NCBI RefSeq assembly: GCF_009914755.1
Contig: NC_060939.1
Length of the DNA: 64,000 nt
Reading direction: 5' to 3' (one strand)
From: the human T2T-CHM13v2.0 reference genome, Homo sapiens
The notes under the pieces are model-generated. The model did not search any database. It was given only the letters and a program-made list of their open reading frames with translations, and had not been told where the DNA came from. The first letter of the stretch is position 1. The number at the start of each line of letters is the position of its first letter. This document shows positions 1-26,043 of this stretch, in pieces. The position numbers and the translations under genes are program-made.

Positions 1-3000
1 GTTTGCTGTACAACTTTGATAACTGAACTTTTGTAAAGCTGAAAATGTGACTGTGTCTGTATATGTGGCATATTATCCTTAGATGATCCTTACTTCGATT
101 ATTAAGAATTTTTTCCCCTAGTAATCTTCAACTGTCTCAATATTCAGCAGGAACCCCTTGGAGACAAAGATCAGTACGAATTTGGAACACCTATTCACAA
201 AATGAATGTAATTTAATTTAGTACAGTAGTAAAGTCAACCACTTTTAGGTGTTGATGCTGCTGAAAGTGTATATTAAGGAAAAGTTTACTTACCTTACTT
301 TTTGTGGAGGTGCTAGAACTACTTCTGTCTTGTGTTTAGATTTCAAGAAACCTTTGCATGGGCATTATGTGGTTGCACAAATGTACTTCGTTTTGACCTG
401 AAAATGCAAAAACTTCCTTTCTTCCCACTTTCTGAGACTCTGCAACCTTAAAGGAAGAGTGGGGTTCTTTAAAGGAAAGGTGGTGGTGGTTGGGTCATGG
501 GTAACAATGTCTACTGTGTACTTCCTTTCCCAAAACAAGTCCCTGTCTACCGTCAGCATTTCCAAAACTTGAAGGTCAAGTGTGGTGTTAACTCATGAAC
601 TAATGACTAGACTTTGAGCGGTTGTGGAAGCAAAATCTCAGTGAGTGCCTGGATGTTCTAATTCTGTTAAGTCAGTGAGTGCATATTCTGTACAATACTC
701 TCTTAGCCCAGTGGCAGGTTTAAGGAGTGGGAGAGAGATTTCTGTGTTTCGGAAATCAGATACACAAAGAATAAAAATTTTTAATCCCATGAATCTTTGC
801 CCGAGTTTAATTTCTTGGAGAGTTTTTCTTTTAGATTTTCTTTCCCTTCCATTAAACTTTTACTTAGAAAGGTCCCAGGGTTTGGGCAAAGCAAGTGGGA
901 AAGACACTTGCTTGGGTTCTCCAGGATAAGGGATTGAAGAGGACTTCTTTCCCTCATTTTATTATTGAATAATGTCACAATAACAATTATTAAGGTGAAT
1001 AGTCTACAGTGGAAGTGTTTAGATGCCTTGTCTGCAAAATAATTTGGTTTAGTCAACCCAAGGATGCCTTTGGTTAGCTGGAATGGGAGATGTGCAGGTT
1101 AGAGTGGTCTTGGCAAGTCTTCCAGGGGGAAATACAGCATTTGGAAGGGTAGGAAGCAGAAGGAATCTCAGGCAAGGGAAAGGCGTGGGCAGAGCCCCGG
1201 AGGACAGAACAGGTTGTGGTGGACTTGGTGTCCACATAGACCTAATTAGTGGTCTCAGCTTTTGTGTTTTCAAAATTACCACAGTTTGTGTTCTAAAACT
1301 GTCATTCTCTTGATTTTATTTTAGACATACTATCTGTGTATTTTGAAATTTAAAATAACGGTAAAGGAGAAACGAATTTATTTTGTTTGAGAAAGAGTTA
1401 AAAGGTTAAAACATCTTGATCTTAATAATTTTCTAATGGGAGATTTGGTACACCCCCAGAAGTTGTCTTTGGTTCAGAGAATAGTCTTCAGATCTAGAAA
1501 GGACTTGAGAAGTCCCAGAGAGGTGCTGCATGGTCTGAACCATTTGATTCTCACGACAGAATGGATAAAAGCAATTTGAACCAGGAAACCATGCAGATGT
1601 TCATATTTTGGATAGGGTAAGGTCAGTGCCGTCGTCAGAGGAAAAACTCTCGGCCATCACAGGATGGGAGAGAAAGTTTGAGTTGTGAAGAATACTCAAA
1701 TGCCGTTTAAGGAAACGGGTTCTTCTGCACCTATTCTTTGGAATATTTAGGGCTAAGTTCTTAGTTTTTGACATCACAAAAATGTCAAAGTATTCTGTTC
1801 TAAGAGCCATTTCAAACAACTGACTAGAATTTCAGAGCAATTACATGAGAGTAATACCATTAAAATGTTTAAATTACCCATAGTCCTATATCCCTAACAA
1901 GTATGTTCACGCTTGCATGTTCTCTTCTCATCTTTACTGTGTGCATACTTTCTTAGTAATGGCACGTAGACATTGTTTAAGCAGGAATAATTCTCGAGAT
2001 AATTTTGTATGTTTCCTTTTTTCTTTTTAAGGTAGGTATTGGGTGGAGGAGCATTATATTTGCAACTTCTCGCAAAACACGTGATTATTTTCTTATAATA
2101 TTCAATTTTCACCCTCAATACAGTGTTTTGATTATGTAAGTTAGACAGAAAGTAGAAGGTTCTCTTAGAGAAATTTTAGTGTTTTTTTTCATAGCTCCTA
2201 CTTTCAAGAATGAAAAAGGTAAACCAGTAAAATGACACTGTACTTGGTGCTGAATCTATGCTGGGATAGGCATTAAGAGTGACCTTTATTTAAGGTTCTA
2301 ATTTGCTCATGTTGGGCACTTAGAACGTCAGTTTGTTGCTTTTTGTGAGATTTTGGAAATGGTCCAATTTTACTTTTTCCCCTTGACTCCAGACTTTTTA
2401 ACACTGATGTGCTGCTGTTGAGGCATATGCCGTTTTGTTAGGCCTCCTCAAGTGGGAATCAGGAATGCTGCTGTGTTCCAGAGAGGTTTTGTTCTTCCTG
2501 TAGGGCTGAAGCAGTGCCTACTCAATGAAACCAGTCATCGTGCAAAGACATGCCACCTGACTCAAAGGCAAAGCCAGAGTGCAGCTTGGAGCAAAGAAGG
2601 TATTTTATTAAGAATTTTCCATAAACCATAAGATATATTTTATATTACTTTGCGAGCCTTCTTCCTGTCTTGACTTAATTCTTTTTGAGAGAATTCATTT
2701 CATTTTCATTTGGTTGGTTTTCTTCTTGTTACAAAGATGATCTATAGAAAATATAGAAGTATAAGAAAATTAAAGATACTAACTGATAATTGCTTAATGA
2801 TTTAGTATCTGCTTGTTTAGTCTTTGTTATATTTACAGTAGGCAAACATGTCTACCGTTGTGAATTTATTACTGGTATGTATACCCTAGTAAGTTAAAAG
2901 TTGTACGTACTTTGAAGTTTTGCAAAATTGAGTTCATATTATAGAATTAATTCCTGATGAACTTTTATGTGCTAGGCACTGGTCTTTTTATTTAATTATT

Positions 3001-3367
3001 TATTTTTACTTTTTTTTCCTCTGTGCCTATGCTTACCAAGTCTTTTTATTTTTTACTTTTTATTAACTCTTTTAATCCTCTGGATAAATTAAAAAGAGGG
3101 TATTATTAATATCTGCATTTTGTAGATGAGGTAACTGAAGGTAGGTAACTTGTCCAAGGTCACAGGTGGCAGAGCAAGGATTAAAACTAGACAGTCTGGC
3201 TGCCCAAGGCCCAACGAAGAGGAGCTGAGAGCAAGCCACCGGGCAGAAGGATGTTGGTCAGGCTGGTTTCCTGTTCAGTTAACAGGAAACGCAGGCTTAA
3301 CCTTAATTCTAGGACGTTACCGAGAAAGCCTTCCAAAGCCATAGGTTTTTTACCATGACCATGACTT

Positions 3368-3670
3368 CTTTTTTTTTTTTTTTGAGACAGAGTCTCACTG
3401 TGTAGCCCAGGCTGGAGTGCAGTGGCGCTATCTCGGTTCACTGCAGCCTACCTCTCTTGACAGTCCGCTGGTTAAAGTGATTCTCCTGCCTCAGCCTCCC
3501 GAGTAGCTGAAATTACAGGCGCCGGCCACCACGCCTGGCTAGCTTTTGTGTTTTTAGTAGAGACGGGCTTTCACCGTGTTGGCCAGGCTGGTCTTGAACT
3601 CCTGACCTCAAATGACCCACCTCTGCCTCCCAAAGTGCTGGGATTCCAGGCGTGAGCCACCGTGCCAGGA
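3368..3670 (-). mobile_element. Alu (S-type)
   Basis: Poly-T, then GAGACAGAGTCTCACT...GTGAGCCACCGTGCC. Confidence 0.9.
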
Positions 3671-4828
3671 CCCAAGGCCCTTAAGTTTTAACGTCTCATT
3701 CTTCAGTCAGGTTTTCCTTGTTCCTGCGTGTTCAGCCATTTGTTTTTAAGTTTGTGTTGAAGGAGAAACTAACAACGAAAATGGACTTGTTGACGGAAGA
3801 AAAGTAGGAATGCAGCCTCTGGTGCTGTTTGAGTGATCCCTCTGCCCCAGGCCTGGCTGCGCGCTGCTGTGTTCTGGAAAGGCGCATTGTGCCCTCGCTG
3901 TGGCAGGTAAGAGTCCTGTACAGGTGCTCTGCCCACTTTACCTTTCAGGCTTCTGTATCAGCTGTTTTTCCCTTGTAGAATGTGCCCCTGACCTGTGCCC
4001 CTGACTTCCACCCCTTAACCCTGCCCAATACATCTTTACATGTCTGACCATCAAGACTCTTCTGGGTCATATTCAGTTCATGCTGATATTTTCCCTTCCT
4101 CCCCTCTTTAGTCCTTACTATTTTTGCTTTGGTCATGTTATGCTATATTCTGTAAGCCTTTAAAAATTTTGTTGTATCATGGCAGGGGAGAATATTTTAT
4201 AATTATGCTTTGTGCGTTTTATCTTCCACTCAATGAATGCTTGGTAAATATTTGTTTTATTGAGTATATGACCCTTTTCTAGCTATACCGTGAACAAAAA
4301 TGTTAACTGCCTTGTACGTTAACTGCTAAGAATTTGTCAAAAGTGCAGAGATGACATCCAGAACTTGTCAGAATATTACAAAAAGGTCTCTAAGGGCATG
4401 ATGGAGGTCTGTAAATTGACTTCATGTGAAAGAGTGTAAGAAGTGAAAATGTGAAGCATGACTGGAGAGCCGGAGTGATAAAGCAAGGGTCCCTTTCTCT
4501 AGATCCTTTGTAACAGTGTCATGTGACCTCTTCTAGATCATTCTGAAAGACAATGCCAGCTCGGAACCTAGGAAAGCATCCAGTGGGTTTCTGCATGTTA
4601 GGTGGTTCAAATCCTCATTAGCACCTTTGTTTTCTCTGCCTCAGTTTGCTTACAGTGATGTTCTCAGTAGCTGTAATTGCTGTCTGTCTTTGAATATTTA
4701 AGCATTTTTTTTTTTAGATCACAGGGTATATGTGCATTTTTATTTTACCAAGTGTTAGAATTTTTACTCTGCCTTTGTGGGCTCTGGGTTAGCTACTTGG
4801 CTGTTTCATCGTAAAATGATTAGCAGGA

Positions 4829-4834
<6 letters not shown>

Positions 4835-4869
<35 letters not shown>

Positions 4870-4874
4870 TGTGT
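4835..4874. repeat. (TG)n microsatellite
   Basis: Visible dinucleotide run. Confidence 0.95.
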
Positions 4875-5489
4875 ATTTTAAGTTTCTTAATTGGGTTGGT
4901 ACATGTAAACCATTTAGAACAGTGCCTGCTGCATATCACATCCCCATCAGTATTCACGTCTCTCATATTCTACCCTCACACTTGATTGATAGTTTGCTTG
5001 ATTACGTATTTCTAGGTTGAGGATAATTTTACCTTAGAATTTCAAAGTCTGTGCTGTTGTCTTCTAACCAGTCGTGGTGGCGAAGCCTCATGCCATCCTG
5101 AGTTTCACTTGTTTATGCATGACTTTCTCCCTGGAAGCTTTTAGGAGTTTGTCTTTTCCTTGGTGAGCTGAAATAGCACAACAGTGTACTTAGTGTGGGT
5201 CTTTTTTCATTCATTATGCTGGGTACACCAAATGAACAGGCCTATGGATAGGCTCTTTCAAAGTTGGAGTCTTGAATCTTGTCATATTTTTGTTGTTAAC
5301 TTTCTCTTTTCCATTTTATTTGTTCATTTGGAAGTGTCTGTTAATTGGATTTTAGACCTCTTGTCTTGAGTCTTATATCTCACGTTATTTCTAAATGTTT
5401 TTTAAATTTTCAGTTCTGGAATATTTTCTTATCTTTTGACTTTCAGGAAATTTTATTTGGACTGTCATAACTTTAAGTTTTGTTTTGGT

Positions 5490-6000
5490 TATTTATTGTT
5501 GCTTAACCAATTATCCCAAAACTTAATGGCCTAAAACTACACATCTGTCTATCTGTCACGACTGTATGGATTACCTGGGGCTAGCTGGACAGTTTTTCTG
5601 CTGGTCTCATTTGGCAGCTCTCACTGTGTGGTTAAACAGTGTCAGGGACTGGTCATCTGGATGCTCAGCTGCAGTGGAATGTCTGAGACGGCTTCTTTAC
5701 CCACAGGTCTGCTGCCTTGGTAATTCTTGATGTGGCCTTTCTCTCTGCATAGCATCTCATCCTCTCGGATCTCTTCATGTGGCTTTTCTTTCTCCAAGAA
5801 GGTAGCCAATTCTTATTTTTGGCTTCCAGAAGCACAGAAATGGAGCTGCCAGGAGTTCTTAAGGCTTAGACCTGGAACAGGTCCAGTGTCATTTCTACCA
5901 CATGCTATAGGTTAAAGTGAGTGTTGGGGCCAACCCAGATTGACTATGGGATGGGCCTGTCTGAGGACATGATGACAGGAGGTATGGCTCATTGGAGACC
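5490..6000. mobile_element. MLT1-type (MaLR) LTR relic
   Basis: tatttattgttgcttaaccaattatcccaaaacttaatggcctaaaac...agctggacagttttctgctgg resembles old MLT1 LTRs. Confidence 0.5.
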
Positions 6001-6246
6001 AACTCCCAAGATGGAGCATGAGTTCTAAGAACTTTTTCTTCTCTGATTATTTCTTATTCATATTGTTTTGTTTTATACATGTAATATATTCACAAGTGTC
6101 TTTATGAAGTGATTTTGATACTCTTTGTCTTCTCCCTGGCATCTCCTTGTTCTTTAATAATCTTTTTCTTAGTTTATTTTGGTCTTATTTTTCTTTTTAA
6201 AGCCTTTCCTTAAATATCTATTCTATGTTGCTTATCATTTGTAGTC

Positions 6247-6989
<743 letters not shown>

Positions 6990-7887
6990 TTAAGGGGAAT
7001 GTATGCTGATTCCTAATTGTTATCCTCCATCCCTCTATCTTGTCTCCTGTTGCAATCATAAATGATGGCTGGATGACTACTCCATTCCTCTGGATGTAAA
7101 ATCTACATTCTCTTGCCTGAGGTGGATACGTTTGCTTGGGTTCTGTTTAAGGAGATGGGGCTAGCAGTGTGTTTCAGGGCCTGTGAAATGTGTTCTCTAT
7201 CCGGGCTTTTGCTTAATCTCTGTTTTCAGTCTTGCCTATCAGTCCCACTGTCGGGGGTACCTCGTGTCTGAGTCTAGAACCTTTCCAGGTTGCTGTGGGA
7301 CAGATTAGCCTCCTTGTTCTCAGTATCCCCCTGACCTCCACCTTTGTTGCTTTGCTCCATGAATTAACCATTTTCCATGTACTGTCATTGTCTAATGAAG
7401 ATGAATTCTCTTCTGTTGGTAACCCCATTCCTTTTTTGTAATGGTGTGCTTATACAATGTTTATTCTTCACTGTATTTCTATTGGAGCCTCAGGACAAAG
7501 AGCAGATGGTGAGAATCTGTGTTCAGTGTTAAGTTTTCCTTCTGTAAGACATGTGCAACTTGTGTTTTTCACTGAATAGATCATGGACTTAATGCATATA
7601 GAGCTACTTTGTTTTTCATGATTGTGCCTTCAATTATATGTAGAAATATAATTTGTGAATTGCCTGATGAAATTTTCCTAATTTTGAATTATCTTTGCAT
7701 TCCTATAATAAACACTGTTAGAATGGCTATGGTAATATTTTATTTTTGCATTTTTACTTCTGTATTAAATAAGATTATAGTTTTGTTTGTTTCCTTTAAG
7801 GCTGTTATTTCAGTATCAAGGGTATGCAGGGCTGAGTTGGGAAGCTTTACATCTTTTTTCTAAGATCTAGGATGTAGATCTGGTTTA

Positions 7888-8100
7888 CACAGTAATTTTC
7901 AACTGCAGGAGTATTTTGCCTCCTATGGGACGTTTGGAAATATCTGGAGACATTTTTGTGGTCACAACTGGTCATGGTCGGGAGGTCTCATTGGCATTCT
8001 GTGGGTAGAGGGAATGTTACTAAATGCCCGACAACACACCAAGAGAACCCTCCACAAAGAATTATCTGGCCCAATATATCAATATTGCTGAGGATGACAA
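7888..8100. mobile_element. MER20 (hAT-Charlie) relic
   Basis: tctggagacattttt...gtcacaactgg...tgggtagagg...aaagaattatctggccca...tgctgagg. Confidence 0.7.
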
Positions 8101-8234
8101 ATTCTGGTTTAAATATCCAATTTGGAGGATGAGTCTTTGTCTTTTTCCTTCTTCTGCATATTGGTCTCCAGATTTCCCACTTCTTCAGTTACTTCTCGTA
8201 ACTGTAGGTTCTTAAAAAAAAATGAACACTTTGG

Positions 8235-8657
<423 letters not shown>

Positions 8658-8974
8658 TTATCAGAGGCTTGACTGTTTTATTATCTCAGTCTTTTGAAAG
8701 AATCCTCCTTTAGTTTTATTTTTTAAATCTAGTGGTTTTTCTTTTTCCTTTTTCCTTAGGTCTTAATTATTTCCCCCTTTTTGTTTGTTTTGCTTTTCCT
8801 AGTTTAGTGGATCAATGTAATTTAAATTGCTTTTTAAACAAACGTGTAAGGGTATACATTTTCGTTGGCTGCTGTTTGACTTCGTTGCACAAGTTTTAAA
8901 ATCTATTTTTTAATAGTTTGTATTTTCTAAATTATTTTATTGCATCTTTTGTTCACATTGCTCTATTAATTTTT

Positions 8975-9288
<314 letters not shown>

Positions 9289-9739
9289 AAAAGCTTTGTG
9301 CTTTTACAGATATTAGACATGTTTCTTGTTTAAGAAAAAAAATCTTAACGAAAACGTAGGAGAATAAGAGAAACATTTTTCCAAAAAAGAGAAATCATTG
9401 TGATTATTTTATCTTATTAGAATGTTGGATAATATAGTCTGCTTCATTAATCATCAAGCATGCTATGCATTTTCCATTTTTATAGGATCTGTATCTCAGT
9501 TAAGGTAATACTGGTAATTTTTGTACTGTAATCAAAGATGAAAAATATAGGCCAAAATCATAGACCTTGCATAGAAGCTGGATAATGAAGACAGCTATGG
9601 AGAAAAACATAGATACACACACATGGACACACATATATATAAAGTATACACACATATATTTTTTAAAGTTTTAAAGCTTTTAAAGCAAAAGCCAGCCCCT
9701 CTTCTCTTCCAGAGTGGGAGGCCTCTCCGCTCTCTTAGA

Positions 9740-9990
9740 GTGGGTGGGGAGAGCGGTTGCCATGGGCAGCTTTCCTTGTGAGCCACAGGGCCCTCTGGAC
9801 ACGCTGCTGTCTGGCCACGCCCCCTTTCCCTTTCATCTTTCTCATTGACCAATGGGCTTGGAGCATTAAGGCCACGCCCCTATTCCGCATTCTACTGGGG
9901 CCCTGGTTACGCCTCCTCTGGCTCAGTCACACAGCTGCCTGGTAGGTGACTGGAGGCCTTGATCGGTTCTTATTGGGATTTTGCTGCTGT
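9740..9990 (+). promoter_or_regulatory. GOLGA8 proximal promoter
   Basis: RFX X-box-like GTTGCCATGGGCAGC 9756-9770; two KLF/SP boxes GCCACGCCCC (9814-9823, 9871-9880); CCAAT 9849-9853 and ATTGG 9972-9976, all just upstream of the first coding exon. Confidence 0.6.
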
Positions 9991-10022
9991 GGCCCCAACC
10001 CTTCCTCCCTCCCCACCCTGCG

Positions 10023-20453
<10,431 letters not shown>

Positions 20454-23400
20454 ACATCACCATCATCAAACAGCTGCTCAAGAAATTTTTAAATAAGAAA
20501 CCAAGTTATGGGGTTAATCTCCTACACAATTCATTTACTTCCTTTGAATGTTAGACTCACTCATGATTATTTGTGTTTCTAATTTATAGTTTAAGTTTAT
20601 TTGTAAAAAGTTAAAAGAGAGTGGGTGTCTGTGGCTCTCACTGATGTTCACTCTGACATCCTTTAGCATTTTTCTTTTTTAATTTCATAATTGTAGGTCA
20701 TTAGCATGCATATCGAGTTTGCCCTTACGTGGTGGGAGTTCAAACACACAAAGACCCACTCTTTGCCCAAAACTGTTCTCTTTGGTTTGGAATAGGCTGC
20801 CATGCTTTTTTAATGTTATTGCAGCATGTATATTCACTACAGCATTCAGACAAAATTTGCCTATGTTCTGCTGTTGTTTGATCTAATCTTAATCACAGTG
20901 AGCTCTTCCTTAGCTCAATATGTAGTTTGCCCCCAAGTGTGCACTGTTTATTACTTTGTAATACGCCACTATGAGTACTGACATTTAGAGTTGTTTAAAG
21001 GCCAAGAATTGGAAACAGCCTTTCCTCCATTTTCTGTGTATTGGTGATGGGAGTGATAACCTTTTGGGGGAGCTTTTTAAATCTCACAGAAGAGGAAAGT
21101 GGCCTCCTCTGGCAGGTATGTGCAAGATAGAGTGTGTTTCATCTGTTCCGGTGCCAGGAATTAGCGGTGTATTATGGTGGTGCCCTTAGGATTTGTATGT
21201 GCTCTGGGCTCATGAAGATATTGCATCATGAGCTGCAGCAGTTGCACTCTTTTTCGATGACCTAAAAAGGGCTTATTTCTGAGGAATGAAAGGTTCCCAT
21301 CGTTGACTGTGGATGTGGAAAACCTTTCCTAGCTTAGAGCATTTGTATCTACAATACATTTTAAAGTCAGAGTTCATGTTACCTGTTTTAATCACATGAC
21401 TACATGCCCCAGTACACAAAAGGGCACTGGTTGGCATTCTTCTTAATGTATTTAGTGAAGATCATAAGAAATCCTTTACGAGTTCAAATGTCCCTGGAAC
21501 AGGCATACAGGCTCTAGTCAAGAATGAATTAGAGTGAAGGAAAGCTGTGTGACTCCTGGCATTCCTCTCTGTTCACGGAGATTCTTTGAGGCTTGAAGAT
21601 TGATTTTACCATCTAGACCTCTTTGGCTAATACCTATTCTTCAACCACCTTGGTTACTCTGGCATAGGAATTTACTTCTTTTTCTTTGAATGGAAAACAC
21701 TTTAAAAAAAATAGAAACATTCTTATAAACTAATATATGTGAGATAGTTGAAACAAAAAGGAGTTTTAGTAGATGGTATTATACTATCTTTGAAAATCAA
21801 GGAGAAGTTTATGAAACTTAAAATGTGTACAAACTGCAGTGCAATCTACTGTTGTTCGTGAATGTCAATGTATTATCAGGAAACGTGTCTATACAACCAC
21901 AGAGTTATATTTTCTCACAAACTTCTTTACAAAGTGAAATATGTTTTTGTACCTCTGGGTTTCTGTTCGGGACATATTTTGTGCGATATTTATGTGATTG
22001 TGCCTATGCATGATGAATGAATGCATTTCAGTTATGTATTGCCTAAATCGTAACTTGATGATGCTTGGGAAAGACTCAACAGTTCAAACTTCATGAAGTT
22101 CTAATGTCTGTGTTCCAAAACACATCACATTGTTAGGATGCAGGGAGATAGGTGTGTGTGCTCCCTGCGGTGGGGATTTCTAGTTACTAGATCATCTCCA
22201 TTTTTAGCATTTGGCATCCTCATGATACTTCTATAAATATGACATTAACAGGAGAGCAACAATACGATTTTACCGATGGAATAACAGATTTGCTGGCATT
22301 CACTGAAAGAGTGCAAATATTCGGTCCTTGTGACTTCCACTGACTCTTCCAAATTTTATGAATGTATCAATGTATTAGATAAACCCAGTTTCAGAATGAT
22401 AAAGAAAAAATCTTAGACCAAATAATGCGGCTAATTAACAGTGGTACGATTTCTAGCCCGTGGGTTTAAAATGCACTTAAAGTCCTGTTCTCGCCTTTTA
22501 TTTTCTGAACTTGCCGCTTTTGCATTCTTTGAGTTCAGTTTAAAGACGGTTACTTTAAGAGCATTTTAAACCCTCGGGCTAGAAATCGGACCACTGTTAA
22601 TCAGCCACATTATTTGGTCTAACGTTTTTTCTTTTATCATTCTGAAACTGGGTTTATCTAATACATTGATAAATTATTTCAAAGGTACTTTTATCGTTGA
22701 AATCACTTCACTTTTACCCTGATAAATATCAGTGACTAGGAATGACCTTCGGATAGCGTTTAGCATCTGTAACCAATCTGACAATAATGTGTTCATGAGG
22801 TGCCTATGGATTAAATCACACACTGGCATATTTAAGCTGAAGGTCAGTCTGGAAAATAAATTTACTATATTGACTGAAATACCACTCTTTGTGTAGGTAT
22901 TTGTCATATATTTAAGAAAACGCTAAAAAGAATGGAAATTGTATGACAATAACTTAAGTCTTTCTCCAAAGTGCATGCAGTCTTTTGCGATACCTCATTC
23001 AGCCGAGTATTTGTACTCTTCCTCATTCAGTATAAGGAAGCTTTCAGTTTGCTTAGAAGGCAACATTGGAATGTTAGAGTTCATCAGAAACATAGAATTT
23101 TAAACTGTGAGTTCCACTGAATACATTTTAATGTCTGTAGGAAGAATCAAAACACCTATTTAAAGATGGCAATATATAATAATCATTTTAAAAGTATTTG
23201 ATTCAACCTAATTTTCCAGAAATGAAAAAAAAAAAATCAGCTCTAAAACCAAAGCTGATTTCAGAAAATTTGAAAATGTAAATCAGCCCTATCCATAATA
23301 TAGTTTCTCTAAAACTTTATCTTAGTCATTTTAAAATAATATAACTATTAAAAAATGTAACTGCTATCTTAATGTTCTGAAATAATTTAAAACATTTTAA

Positions 23401-23640
23401 AATATGAATACTGTAGTATAAAAGAAAGAAATGGTGGGAACGAAAAGCAGAGAAAGAAATGCCAATTCCAGTCCAAAGTTTTATTTGCCAAGTTTTCTTA
23501 GAATGAATTTTACCAGTTTATGAATTATTGTAAACAGAATGTGTCATGGAAATACTGAAAGATTTTTCCCTAGAGTGGCCTTATTGACTGCTGGTGTGAT
23601 GCCACTGTAATGTAATAAATTATTAAATTGTTTCAATGTG
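20454..23640 (+). other. Long repeat-free GOLGA8 3'UTR (chr15 core element) with polyA signal
   Basis: About 3.2 kb of AT-rich, Alu-free sequence after the stop codon. AATAAA at 23614-23619 is followed by a GT-rich tract; ATTAAA at 23688-23693. Confidence 0.65.
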
Positions 23641-23797
23641 TTGTTTTTGCCTTAAAATTTTATTTTGCGTTTCTTGAAAACTATAGTATTAAAGGTATTG
23701 ATACTGTGCAAATGCTGGGCATGCTTGGCATGAGATAATGTGTTTCATTTTTACAAAGGTGTAATATAACTATGCAAGTGTTTCTTAACACAAGATT

Positions 23798-23982
23798 TAA
23801 AAAGTTATGGGATTAAAAGAAGTTATGGGGTGAAAAAGTTATGGGATAAAAAATGTAAAAACGTTGTGGCAAAAAAACTTGTGGGAAAAAAGTAGAAAAC
23901 AGTATTATGAAAAGTTACAAAAGAAGTTATGAAAAAGAAGTTACGGGATTTTTTTTTTAAAAGTCATGGAATAAAAATAAAA
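23798..23982. repeat. Degenerate A-rich minisatellite (AAAAAGTTATGGGA-like units) at the end of the GOLGA core
   Basis: About 10 decayed units such as aaaagttatgggatt, aagaagttatggggt, aaaaagttatgggat, aagaagttacgggat, aaaagtcatggaat. Confidence 0.75.
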
Positions 23983-24064
23983 TGAGAATCATAAGAGAAT
24001 CATTGAGAATCATAAAAATGCAGATTCTGATTCAGTAGGTCTAGGGTGGGGCCTGAGTTACTTC

Positions 24065-24357
24065 TTTTTTTTTTTTAGACGGAGTCTTGCTCTGTCGCCC
24101 AGGCTGGAGTGCAGTGGCGCGATCTCCGCTCACGCAAGCTCCGCCTCCCGGGTTCACGCCATTCTACTGCCTCAGCCTCCCGAGTAGCTGGGACTACAGG
24201 CGCCCGCCACCACGCCCCGCTAATTTTTTGTATTTTTTAGTAGAGACGAGGTTTCACTGTGTTAGCCAGGATGGTCTTGATCTCCTGACCTCGTGATCCA
24301 CCCGCCTCGGCTTCCCAAAGTGCGGGGATTACAGGCGTGAGCCACTGCGCCCGGCCC
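24065..24357 (-). mobile_element. AluY
   Basis: CpG-rich antisense AluY. Confidence 0.92.
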
Positions 24358-24617
24358 TGATTTACTTCCTTTCATGCACCACATAGCAATGTTTCGGTCA
24401 ACAATGGACTACATATATATCTATCACTGTCTTCCACCTCCACATTCTGTCCTACTGGAAGGTCTTCAGGTGCAATAACACAGAAGGAGCTATCATCTCC
24501 TATGATAACAAGGCTTTTTTCTGGAATAGCTCCCCACAGACCACCACAAATATGTGATGTGAGTAATGCACTGTGCTACAGTGATGCTACTACGTCAACA
24601 ACATCACTAGGCAATAG

Positions 24618-24942
<325 letters not shown>

Positions 24943-24980
24943 CCAACTCCATTATAATCTTATGGGACCAGTGGATATAG

Positions 24981-25344
<364 letters not shown>

Positions 25345-25728
25345 ATGTCTTGGTTTTTAACAAAAAAGTTTAAAATGTAAAAAAAATAGAAAAAAATCCT
25401 ACCGAATATGGAAAGAAAATATTTTTGTACAGCTGTACAATGTGTTTGTGTTTTGAGCTATTACTACAAAGGAGTCAAAAGTTAAGAAAATTTAAAAGCT
25501 GATGAAATTAAAAAGTTATAGTAAGCTAACCTTAATTTATTACTGAAGGAAAAAATTTTAATAAATTTAGTGTAGCCTAAGTATATGCTGTTTATAAAGT
25601 CTATAACAATGTACAGTAAGGTCCTAGGCCTTCACATTCACTCACCACTCACTGACTCACCCAGAGCAACTTCCAGTCCTGCAAGCTCCACTCATAAGTA
25701 CCCTACGCAGGTAAAATTTTAAATCTGT

Positions 25729-26043
<315 letters not shown>

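Noticed and set aside
23798-23982. CRISPR-like or functional RNA array
   Set aside because: Degenerate A-rich units without unique spacers; vertebrate DNA; no cas genes.
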